The position numbers were made by a program, and so were the translations under genes. DNA of 35,225 bases from a virus (taxonomy: Duplodnaviria; Caudoviricetes). Shown here one piece after another: positions 7,836 to 16,696 of this stretch; within the stretch, counting starts at the first letter, position 1; each line of letters opens with the position of its first letter. The notes under the pieces are model-generated. The model was not told the DNA's origin. It worked only from the letters and a program-made list of their open reading frames with translations, and made no database searches. Where the stretch lies: IMG/VR virus record IMGVR_UViG_3300008255_000081, positions 1 through 35,225 of that record; one strand, 5' to 3'.

Positions 7836-10094
7836 ATGCAAACATTAAAGCAAACCCTCAATAAAAAACTGTTTATTGGTATTCTGGCGGTGATTTCATT
7901 GGTCGTTTTTGGTATCGTCATGTCGATTCCACCAGCTCGACACTCTTTGGCAGCAACAATTCCAACACCTGTCGCGTCATTCCAAACATCACTTTCCACA
8001 GGTATTTCAGCATCGGATACATCAATGACGTTGGTGTCACTCACCACAATCGATGGAACAACGCTAGTGAATGGACAAACGTACGGATTCACTATTGACG
8101 AGGGTACTGCATCGCAGGAATTTGTGATCGGAACAGCCAATACTTCAAATAACACAATCACTGGATTGACCCGCGGGGTATCTGGTGTCACCGGATTGAC
8201 GAATATTGCTGCGCTTCAAAAGACACACCGTCGAGGTGCATCTGTAAAAATCACCGACGCACCGGTCATCCTTGTCTTGGCACGTATTCTCAATGGGGAT
8301 GAAACCGTACCAAACCGTTTGCGTTATGCAACATCAAGCATTGCATTTTCAAATGACGCTGATATCATCACCAAAAAGTATGCTGATGACCTTGCTATTT
8401 CAGGTTCACCCGCTGCATCCACTTCGGCACCTGGTATTTCATCAAAGGCAAGCACCGCGCAAATCAATGCTGATACAGGTTCATCAGGGGGATATGAATT
8501 GTTTGTCGGTCCCGACGCACTCGCAGCTTCGAAGTATGGCCTACAACTTCCATCTGCTGATCAGAAAGCTGCTTTGGCAGGTACGGCTGGCACACCTTCA
8601 ACATCAAATCGATACGTCACGAATGACGACACCACAGCAACCTCTACACCTGGGTTGCTTGTTCGCGCAAACGGATCAGGAAAAATTGATATAGACTTTA
8701 TTGACCAGAATAGCCTTGGGCTTTCAGCGTCATCTACGGCTGATTTAGATATCAATGACAACGATGCTCTATATCCAACAGGGAATGATATTGCATCACG
8801 CTATGCACCGACAGGATTTATCACAAATGCTTCAACCACTGGGCCATCAACAAACGTAAACAACTTTGTATTTCGTATTGATAATGACCGTGTGATTTCA
8901 TTCACTGGAGGTGATCAGAGTACCGCAAGCGATCTCCATGCACAGGTAGGAACCATTGCATCATCAGAAACAAGTATCACTTGGGGGTCCGAAGCTGATT
9001 TGATGGATAGCTCGGCGACATCGCTATATTTCGATGTCGCTCAAGTTTCTTCTAGTCGATATGTTGTTATATGGCAAGAAACAGGAAATGATATCAAAGC
9101 AAGAATTGTTGATGTTTCAGGAACCACCATCACCCCTCGCACCTCTGTGACACTCGGGACTTGGGGATTAAGTGCTGATGTGAGTGTAGTTACCCTTGAC
9201 GCAACACGTGTGTTGGTCCAATACACTGATAACTCGCCTACTGATAAATTTGTCGAAGTGGTTTCTATTTCAGGAAGTAGTCTTGTTTCAAATACTCGAG
9301 TACTGCTTGATGCTGATGGTGGAAACTCATCACGATCTGATCTTGTCCTACTTGATACTGATAAGGTTTTGGCAGTATATAGCAACACCACAGGCACCAC
9401 CGTTGAATCTAAAATAGTAACAATCTCAAGTACCACACCCACGGTGAACGCATCAACACAGCTTGAAGCTGCACTGGTATATCGCTCTATCAAGCTCACA
9501 AAAATTGACACAGGACGTGCCTTGCTTTCATACGTTGATAGCAGTGAAAATGAACGCGCGGTGGTACTGTCGGTTTCAGGAACCACTATCACCGAAGGAA
9601 CATCCATTTCTCTTGCGGTTTCAGGAACCACTGGAAACGAAGCATATATCGACGCGTATCAAATCAGTGAAACAATCGCCCTTGTTGGATTTGCTGGAAC
9701 ATCAGCAAACGCGCAATTCTTGGTACAAATTGATGGAACCACACTTTCTTCGGTCGCGAGCTACACAGCACTTCCTGCACCCGCAACTGACCCAGGTATT
9801 GGATTTGCTAAAATTCGACCATTCAAATATGTTGTTCTTACAGCGGGTAGTGGTGCAAGAATCATTACGCTCAACCAACCCACAGGAAAATTCTTCGGTG
9901 TTGCAAAAGCTGATATTGCAGATGGAGCATCGGGTGAGGTATCATATCGATATGGCATGCACACTGGTATGTCTGGTTTAACGGCTGGCACCATTTACTA
10001 TATTGACGATAACGGAACCGCCAGCACAAATACTTCAAGTGTTTCGCAGGAATTTGGGGTCGCGATTAACAGCACAACTATTCTCTTGAAATAG
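7836..10094 (+). CDS. Tail fibre/receptor-binding protein with N-terminal signal peptide and propeller-like repeats
   Basis: KK + hydrophobic core + SLAA; anchoring region TSLSTGISASDTS...TGLTRG...HRRGASVKI; KKYADD fibre motif; repeated VSGTTIT blades. Confidence 0.75.
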   Translation: MQTLKQTLNKKLFIGILAVISLVVFGIVMSIPPARHSLAATIPTPVASFQTSLSTGISASDTSMTLVSLTTIDGTTLVNGQTYGFTIDEGTASQEFVIGTANTSNNTITGLTRGVSGVTGLTNIAALQKTHRRGASVKITDAPVILVLARILNGDETVPNRLRYATSSIAFSNDADIITKKYADDLAISGSPAASTSAPGISSKASTAQINADTGSSGGYELFVGPDALAASKYGLQLPSADQKAALAGTAGTPSTSNRYVTNDDTTATSTPGLLVRANGSGKIDIDFIDQNSLGLSASSTADLDINDNDALYPTGNDIASRYAPTGFITNASTTGPSTNVNNFVFRIDNDRVISFTGGDQSTASDLHAQVGTIASSETSITWGSEADLMDSSATSLYFDVAQVSSSRYVVIWQETGNDIKARIVDVSGTTITPRTSVTLGTWGLSADVSVVTLDATRVLVQYTDNSPTDKFVEVVSISGSSLVSNTRVLLDADGGNSSRSDLVLLDTDKVLAVYSNTTGTTVESKIVTISSTTPTVNASTQLEAALVYRSIKLTKIDTGRALLSYVDSSENERAVVLSVSGTTITEGTSISLAVSGTTGNEAYIDAYQISETIALVGFAGTSANAQFLVQIDGTTLSSVASYTALPAPATDPGIGFAKIRPFKYVVLTAGSGARIITLNQPTGKFFGVAKADIADGASGEVSYRYGMHTGMSGLTAGTIYYIDDNGTASTNTSSVSQEFGVAINSTTILLK

Positions 10095-10098
10095 ACTT

Positions 10099-11385
10099 AT
10101 GGCATTGACACCTGAACAACAAGCAGCAGCAAAAGGCGTAGCAGAAGCATTTGCAGATTCTGGGCAAGAAATGACCCCAGAACAAACTGCTGCCGCACAG
10201 AATGTTGGACAGCAATTCAGCGAATATCTACCCGAAGATGGTGGGGATACTATCATTGACCCAGCCGGGCAAGACCAAGAATCACCCTATTTCCCACGTA
10301 CGAATGACTATTCAATGCAAATGGAACAATTGATGAATTCAGCGTATGACATGGAAACTCCTGACTTGGAAAAGATCCGTTCTGATCTACGCGAAGGGAA
10401 TCAAGCTATTGTTGATTCAATCAGCGCGCAGTATGCAAACCGTATTGCTGATGAAGAAAAACGAGGGGATGTCATGAATAAACGCGTACGTTCTTCGAAC
10501 GTGTCTTCGGGTTTGTCTGGGTCCGACTTCGCTTCAGCAAACGCCATAGGGCAAGAGGATTTGAATATGAAAGCCGTTCAAGCTCTTGAAAAGGAACGCG
10601 ATTCAGCTATCCAAGCAACCCTCGCAAATATTGAAAACAAGGCGCAAGAATTCTATCAAGCCCAGCGATCAGAATATCGCCAGAGCGCAGAGGATAAATT
10701 GAAAATGATGGCTGCCTTTAAAAACGATGCACTCGCTGATGTGCAATCTTTTGCTGGTGCTGGGGTATCATCCGCACAGCTCAAAGAGCAATCACCTAGT
10801 ACGTGGCAAGCATTGCTCGATCAGACTGGGTATAGCGATGTTGCACTGTCTGCTATGTTTGCAGCATCACGTCCACAATCAGAAAAGGTATATCAGGAAA
10901 CGGTGGGAAATAAGGTTGTCATTGGATATCGTGATCCGCAAACTGGTAAAATTTCACAGGAAACAATCGAGCTTCCTGAAGGGTTGAATGATTTTCGTGT
11001 TATCGATGGGAAACCCTACTTTGTTGATTTAGAAAGCCAGCGCATTATTCCAGCGGATGGATACAAGCCATCGGGTCCGAAAGCAAAAACATTCACATCA
11101 GGCGGACTTGTCACCACCGAATCAACACTTGCATCAGCAGAGCAAGAATTGAATACATCACGCGGTGAAGATGGCTGGGTGGATCCAAACGTGTACAAAC
11201 AACTTCATGATGACTGGGTTGCAGATAAAGGGCTAACAAAGGATTTTCTCAATAAATTTCCACCAAAGACATACGTGAACCCGGCGAACACATGGCTACC
11301 ACCATTCCTTCGAAACCCTACGAAAACAGATTCTTCATCAGGTGGCGGAAGCTTTGACCAACTTATCAACGCATTGAATCAATAG
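10099..11385 (+). CDS. DNA ejection (internal virion) protein
   Basis: A/Q-rich coiled coil with GLSGSDF motif; lies between tail genes and the giant internal protein, as in podoviruses. Confidence 0.65.
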   Translation: MALTPEQQAAAKGVAEAFADSGQEMTPEQTAAAQNVGQQFSEYLPEDGGDTIIDPAGQDQESPYFPRTNDYSMQMEQLMNSAYDMETPDLEKIRSDLREGNQAIVDSISAQYANRIADEEKRGDVMNKRVRSSNVSSGLSGSDFASANAIGQEDLNMKAVQALEKERDSAIQATLANIENKAQEFYQAQRSEYRQSAEDKLKMMAAFKNDALADVQSFAGAGVSSAQLKEQSPSTWQALLDQTGYSDVALSAMFAASRPQSEKVYQETVGNKVVIGYRDPQTGKISQETIELPEGLNDFRVIDGKPYFVDLESQRIIPADGYKPSGPKAKTFTSGGLVTTESTLASAEQELNTSRGEDGWVDPNVYKQLHDDWVADKGLTKDFLNKFPPKTYVNPANTWLPPFLRNPTKTDSSSGGGSFDQLINALNQ

Positions 11386-11388
11386 TAG

Positions 11389-11397
11389 TGGTATCAT
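11389..11397 (+). promoter_or_regulatory. Extended -10 promoter (TGGTATCAT), near-leaderless
   Basis: TGn+TATCAT, 8 nt before the ATG at 11406. Confidence 0.45.
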
Positions 11398-11405
11398 AGG
11401 AACAT

Positions 11406-14400
11406 ATGGGATTCTTCTCAAACATCCGAGAAAAGAGAAAAGAGAAAAAGGCGCAGAATGTTTTTACTGCGCCTTTTTCTGGTTTTCAAAATCCGCAAGA
11501 AAAACCGGGTACAGCAAAATTATTGTCTAGTTTTGAAAAAGCAAAACAGCGCGAAGACAAAAGTTTTATTGTTTCTCAAACTAAAAAAGCAATCGGCGAG
11601 GTGCCAGGTTTCTTCTCAAGTGTCAAAGAAAATATCCAGGAACGACGTGATGAAGTGGCCGGACTTTCAAGGCCTGAAAAATTTTCATTTCGTGTTGATA
11701 ATTTTCTTGATACACAAAGGGCAATCCGTAGCGGTGAAAAGAAAGACCCTATCGTTTCGGTTGGGCAAGAAATTCTTGCAGGAGCAGGAACAGTTGGAAA
11801 AACTGTTCTTCGTGGTGCGTTTGGTAAAAAACTTGCAAGCGATGAAAATTTAAGTACAGGAGAGGTTGGACAAACCCTCTTTGGAAGGGAGCCAGAGCCA
11901 GCACAAAACATCGCTGCGCGTATCACTGATCGTGCCGAGGATTTTGGAGCGAGCAAATTTGAAACAAAACTCGCTGCCGCCCTTGGATTTTCTGGTTTTC
12001 TAGCCATTGAATCACCTCTTGATCCAACTGATTTGATTGGAAGTATTGGAAAAACAGCTTTTAATGGAATGGTTGAAGTGACTACCAAGGAAGCTGCTGA
12101 AAAAATATTGCGAAAAGAATTGTCTGAAACGGTTATTGATACAATCGGTGAAAAGGAATTCAAATCACTCGCTGACGATATTGCAAAATCACAAACAGAT
12201 GAAGAACTCGAAGCCGCCTTCAGAAAGCGAGGTTTTAAAAGCAAAGATGAATTGGTCGCAAGCGCACAGTCACCGACAACACCTGATGGTGATATTGTAC
12301 CCACACCAGAATCACCAGAAACAGTGGCCGACATTTTGACCCCCCGCAGGCAAAAGGTTGATTTCAAGACAGCCCGCCAAGAGGTGGATGCTGGAGGGCG
12401 TGTGATCGCCGCTGATGATGGCAAAACATATTCTTTGGTCCTTGCTGATGGAACATCCCAACCTATCACCAAGAGGACGTATTCACGCCTATCCCAGGCG
12501 CAAGAAACTGCACCAGAAACGATTGTGACTCCCGAAGTGGATAGTCAGGTCGTTCAGACACCTGATACACCCACACAGAGCAATGTGGTGCCTGATTCTT
12601 TGGTTGATGAAGCGAAGAAATATGATTCAGCCGAAGATTTTGTAAATAAATTTTTTGTTGAAGAATCATATGATATGACCCCAGGGTCTACACGAATTGC
12701 AGATACATCTGAAACAGGGCTTTACCACGGTGCCGGTATTACAAATCTCAAATCAATCCTTACCGATGGGAATCTTCGAACTGGAATTAGCAAGCTGGAT
12801 AATCTTGGAGAAAAAACCCTGTCTGCGTCCGGCAACAGGAGCGTCGCCAACTCTTATGGTGTTGTTTTTGAACTTGATGACAGCCTGCCAAAACGAATTG
12901 CCCCAAAAGGTGCCGTTCAAGGTGATGTTTATGATGCTTTCGAATATCGGATCGATACTGACGTTCCTCTTTCTAAAGTTAAGAATGTGACTATTCCACT
13001 CAATAAAGGGGATGGACTTGATACTCAAATACTTTGGAATTACAAAGGCAAAACACCAGAATATATCACCGCTGAAGAACTTGCTAAACAATTTGAAACA
13101 AAGGGCATCAAGGTTTTTTTTAATGACGGATCGAATCTTACCAAATCCCAACTCACTGATATATGGAAAGGGTCACAGGGAAATATATCTACAAAATCAA
13201 TCGCTGAAACCGTAGGATCAGACACATCCCCATCACCAAGCGGAACCCTGCAAGAAGCAGCAAAACGATATCCTGAATACGAAGACTTTGAAGCTGCGGT
13301 CAAACGCGGTGAAGAAAACGTGTTGCCTTTTTATAGTGGAGATGAAGCCAATGATATTCTCAACCCTCGATACGATCAGATTATCGAACGCGTAAAAAAA
13401 GCAGGCTTTGAAGACCTGCGTGATTTTTGGAATAAAAATAAGGATAAGCGACCTACTCAAGCCACCGCCAGCCAAACCACTCCCGAAGCTGATACAGTAG
13501 GAACCCCAGCCCAAGACCAAAAAACACCGCGACAAGCCACGGAAGTCCGACGACGTGAGCAAAAAATGCCAAAGCAAACAAAATCAAAGTCGTTAGAAAC
13601 ATATAGTGATACTATTGCATATCAACCGCAAGATGTCAATGAAGCGCAAGACTTTTTCATGCAGTTTGAACACCAGGATACACCACCTACCGAGCGACCT
13701 GTTTTCCATAATTTGGTGAATGCCCCTGATATGTTGACGGATATTTCAAGCTTCACTGGTGAAACGCGTGACTTTTTCCGTAACGTGGAAACTGTTTTCA
13801 AAAATAAAATCGAGTACGCGCGGTCAATGATTATTGATCCTTTTGATGATGCCAAAGGCAAGTATGTTGATTATCAACAAGAACTTGCCGATGAGATGAA
13901 AACAGAGATTGTCGAGAAGCTGAAAATCAAGCCTGGGTCCAAGGAATCTGCTGCAATCATGGACTATGGGGAACGTAATTTGAAAGATGAATTTGCTCCA
14001 GCGCGACCACTTTCTGAAAATGACTTGGTCCTAGAATTCGGACGTGACCGAGCAAACGATATTATCGCTGCTGATAAATGGTTCCGTGATCGATACGACA
14101 CATTGATTGACCAAATCAATGCCGAACGCAAGGAAATATATAGCACTGTTTGGAAGAAGAAGGATCAACTTGATGAAGAAATCAAGCTCTTGCAGGATAA
14201 ACTCGCGAGCAAAGATGCCGAGATCGCGAGCAAGAAACGTACTGACACGTTGGCATATATCAAATTACAGTACCAAAAACAACGCCTTGGGGATGCTATC
14301 TTGAAACGTCGCGAACTTGTCACCAGTGAAATGTGGTGGCGCGGGAAACTGATTCCAAAGCGTAATGACTACTACCGCCACTATCAAGAAATGGCCGAAG

Positions 14401-16691
14401 GGTTCAACGCCTTGAAAAATATTCTGACCGAGGATGCAAAAATTTCTTCACAGCTTTCAGGTATTTCACCATTCACCAAACCAAAATCAAAATTTCTTCA
14501 AGCAGCACAGAAACGTCTTGGAAACACAAGCCGTCGCGACGCGATTGGTGGTTTTGCAAACTATATTCCATCAGCATCATACGCCATCTACATTGACCCA
14601 CAAATTGCTAAATTCAGGCAGCTCGCAAAAGAGCTTGCTGATGCAACGTCTGAAACAAAAAACGTCAACAATTTTATTGAAAACCTACATGACTTCGCGA
14701 ATCACCTTGCGGGGAAATCAAACCCTGCTGACCGATATATTCAAAAGGTACTTGGGCGTAAAGCATTCCGTGCTTTGAACTGGGTGAATAACCGTATCAA
14801 AGCAAACGTGATTCTCAGTAATCTTTCATCATCCGTCGCACAGATATTCAACGTACCGCAAGGTGTGGCCGCCACAAAACAGCATGCGATTGGTGGAATG
14901 AAGCGATCAATGGCACAAATATTTACTGAAAACAAAGCAATGAAAGAATCGACCTTCATCAAGGAAAGGTTTTCAACCCCGGTGGCTGATCAATTTAAAG
15001 AAGGAATGCTCTACAACGTGAAGAAAATGGCCGTATGGGTCACAGGTGCGCTTGATGAAGTGGGTACAAAATATATTTGGAATTCGTTTTATCAGAAAGC
15101 AATCAGTGAAGGTATTGAAAACCCAGTACGATATGCCGACAACTGGACGCGAAAAATGGTTGCAGGCCGTGGGGTTGGTGAAAAACCATTGCTACAAAAT
15201 GCAGCACTCTTTCAATTGGCTGCACCGTTTCAGCTCGAAGTAGGAAACCTTTGGTGGACATTCCAAGATGCGTACAAAGAGGGAGGGAAAAAAGGACTAC
15301 TCGGAAACCTAGCCGTGTTTGCAGTCACCGCGTATTTAATGAACAGAGCCGCCGAAGAAATCCGAGGGAATGATGTAGTGTTCGACCCTATCCAAGCCAC
15401 CATTGATGGAATTAAAGCTTTTGCTGGTGAACAAAACAAGGTTGTTGGGACTGCCAAACTATTCGGTCGCCTTGCTGGGGAAGTACTTTCAAACGTACCC
15501 CTTGGACAAACTGCCGCTGCTGCATACCCACAGGATGGTTTCAAACGCCTTGGAATCTTGAGTGAACTGACACGTGAAGAATTGTTTGGGGACAATGATC
15601 CTACTCGTTTTGGTGGTGGGTTGCTCGCTGCAAAAGGCTTGCAGGATCCGATATTCAAATTGGCCTTGCCTTTCGGTGGTGAGCAGGTGAAAAAAACCCA
15701 GCAGGGAATTACAAGTTTCTTGCAAGGCGAAGTGAAAAACAAAAGCGGGGATACTGCATTCAATGTTGAAAAGACACCCATCAACGCTGCGCAAATGTTT
15801 ATCTTTGGCAAATATTCCACACAAGCCGCACAGGATTATTTCAAAACATTGGATAGTGTATATTCAATCGTGGATCGTGTGGATAAAGACAGGGTCCGCG
15901 CATCGGCCGAAGCTGAAAAAGAATTTGCAAAAATTCAAAAAGCGATGGATAAAGATGGCAAGGATGCTGCAAAACAAATGTTGCTTGACCTTGCAAAAAA
16001 AGATGCTGAATTGGCTGAAAGCGTATCGAAGGTATGGCTTGATTCCTTGAAGGGGTTGACCGGTGAAGATCGCGCCATCAAACAAATGGGGGTCCAGGAC
16101 GGTACACGCGCACGATATCTATACACGCAAATCGAAGAACTAAAAACCAAGGAAGAAACAGTCGCGTATTTGAAAGAGCTGAACGACAAAGGTTTGGTCA
16201 ATGACACCGTTGCTGAACAACTTGCTGAAATGTTGGTGGAAGAAAAACCTGTCTACAAAGAGGGGCAGAAAATGGCCGACGGTGGTGTGATTGATACCGC
16301 CTTCTTGTATGCCAAAGCAATCGGGACAGATCCAGTGACCGCGTTTTCTCGCATTTTCACCGGCCAAAAGATTCGTCGTATCGATAATGGTGCAATCATA
16401 GTCGAGCGTATGCCTTTTGAAAAATCACAGAACATCCGCGCGCGTAATGATGCAGATGATTCGGTCCGGTTGGATCATACAATCCCCCTTCAGCTTGGCG
16501 GTGGAAACACAAAGAATAACCTTGAATTGGTACCGACCGAAGACTGGGCTGCCTATACTCCCGTTGAAAACTATTTGGGCGACCTTTTGCGTAGTGGTAA
16601 AATAAAAAAGAAGGAAGCGCAACGCCTTATCGCCGCGTTTAAAAATGGCGAGGTATCGTTCGAGGATATCCAAAACATAACCAGTGAATAA
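11406..16691 (+). CDS. Large polyvalent ejection protein with ART-like insert and C-terminal HNH-like domain
   Basis: 1761 aa, last tail-module gene; LYHG...LSAS...ANSYG...FEY (ART fold); long helical core; RLDHTIPLQLGGGNTKNNL (HNH-like). Confidence 0.75.
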   Translation: MGFFSNIREKRKEKKAQNVFTAPFSGFQNPQEKPGTAKLLSSFEKAKQREDKSFIVSQTKKAIGEVPGFFSSVKENIQERRDEVAGLSRPEKFSFRVDNFLDTQRAIRSGEKKDPIVSVGQEILAGAGTVGKTVLRGAFGKKLASDENLSTGEVGQTLFGREPEPAQNIAARITDRAEDFGASKFETKLAAALGFSGFLAIESPLDPTDLIGSIGKTAFNGMVEVTTKEAAEKILRKELSETVIDTIGEKEFKSLADDIAKSQTDEELEAAFRKRGFKSKDELVASAQSPTTPDGDIVPTPESPETVADILTPRRQKVDFKTARQEVDAGGRVIAADDGKTYSLVLADGTSQPITKRTYSRLSQAQETAPETIVTPEVDSQVVQTPDTPTQSNVVPDSLVDEAKKYDSAEDFVNKFFVEESYDMTPGSTRIADTSETGLYHGAGITNLKSILTDGNLRTGISKLDNLGEKTLSASGNRSVANSYGVVFELDDSLPKRIAPKGAVQGDVYDAFEYRIDTDVPLSKVKNVTIPLNKGDGLDTQILWNYKGKTPEYITAEELAKQFETKGIKVFFNDGSNLTKSQLTDIWKGSQGNISTKSIAETVGSDTSPSPSGTLQEAAKRYPEYEDFEAAVKRGEENVLPFYSGDEANDILNPRYDQIIERVKKAGFEDLRDFWNKNKDKRPTQATASQTTPEADTVGTPAQDQKTPRQATEVRRREQKMPKQTKSKSLETYSDTIAYQPQDVNEAQDFFMQFEHQDTPPTERPVFHNLVNAPDMLTDISSFTGETRDFFRNVETVFKNKIEYARSMIIDPFDDAKGKYVDYQQELADEMKTEIVEKLKIKPGSKESAAIMDYGERNLKDEFAPARPLSENDLVLEFGRDRANDIIAADKWFRDRYDTLIDQINAERKEIYSTVWKKKDQLDEEIKLLQDKLASKDAEIASKKRTDTLAYIKLQYQKQRLGDAILKRRELVTSEMWWRGKLIPKRNDYYRHYQEMAEGFNALKNILTEDAKISSQLSGISPFTKPKSKFLQAAQKRLGNTSRRDAIGGFANYIPSASYAIYIDPQIAKFRQLAKELADATSETKNVNNFIENLHDFANHLAGKSNPADRYIQKVLGRKAFRALNWVNNRIKANVILSNLSSSVAQIFNVPQGVAATKQHAIGGMKRSMAQIFTENKAMKESTFIKERFSTPVADQFKEGMLYNVKKMAVWVTGALDEVGTKYIWNSFYQKAISEGIENPVRYADNWTRKMVAGRGVGEKPLLQNAALFQLAAPFQLEVGNLWWTFQDAYKEGGKKGLLGNLAVFAVTAYLMNRAAEEIRGNDVVFDPIQATIDGIKAFAGEQNKVVGTAKLFGRLAGEVLSNVPLGQTAAAAYPQDGFKRLGILSELTREELFGDNDPTRFGGGLLAAKGLQDPIFKLALPFGGEQVKKTQQGITSFLQGEVKNKSGDTAFNVEKTPINAAQMFIFGKYSTQAAQDYFKTLDSVYSIVDRVDKDRVRASAEAEKEFAKIQKAMDKDGKDAAKQMLLDLAKKDAELAESVSKVWLDSLKGLTGEDRAIKQMGVQDGTRARYLYTQIEELKTKEETVAYLKELNDKGLVNDTVAEQLAEMLVEEKPVYKEGQKMADGGVIDTAFLYAKAIGTDPVTAFSRIFTGQKIRRIDNGAIIVERMPFEKSQNIRARNDADDSVRLDHTIPLQLGGGNTKNNLELVPTEDWAAYTPVENYLGDLLRSGKIKKKEAQRLIAAFKNGEVSFEDIQNITSE

Positions 16692-16696
16692 CATAT

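Noticed and set aside
9571-9632. 17-bp direct repeat cggtttcaggaaccact (9571, 9616; partial copy at 9114) as a DGR or invertase site
   Set aside because: It encodes the repeated VSGTT blade motif; there is no reverse transcriptase or recombinase and no adenine-specific variation
11576-12472. Long antisense ORFs (this 298-aa one, also 9041-9631 and 15230-15820)
   Set aside because: Shadows of the sense genes with no motifs or expression signals
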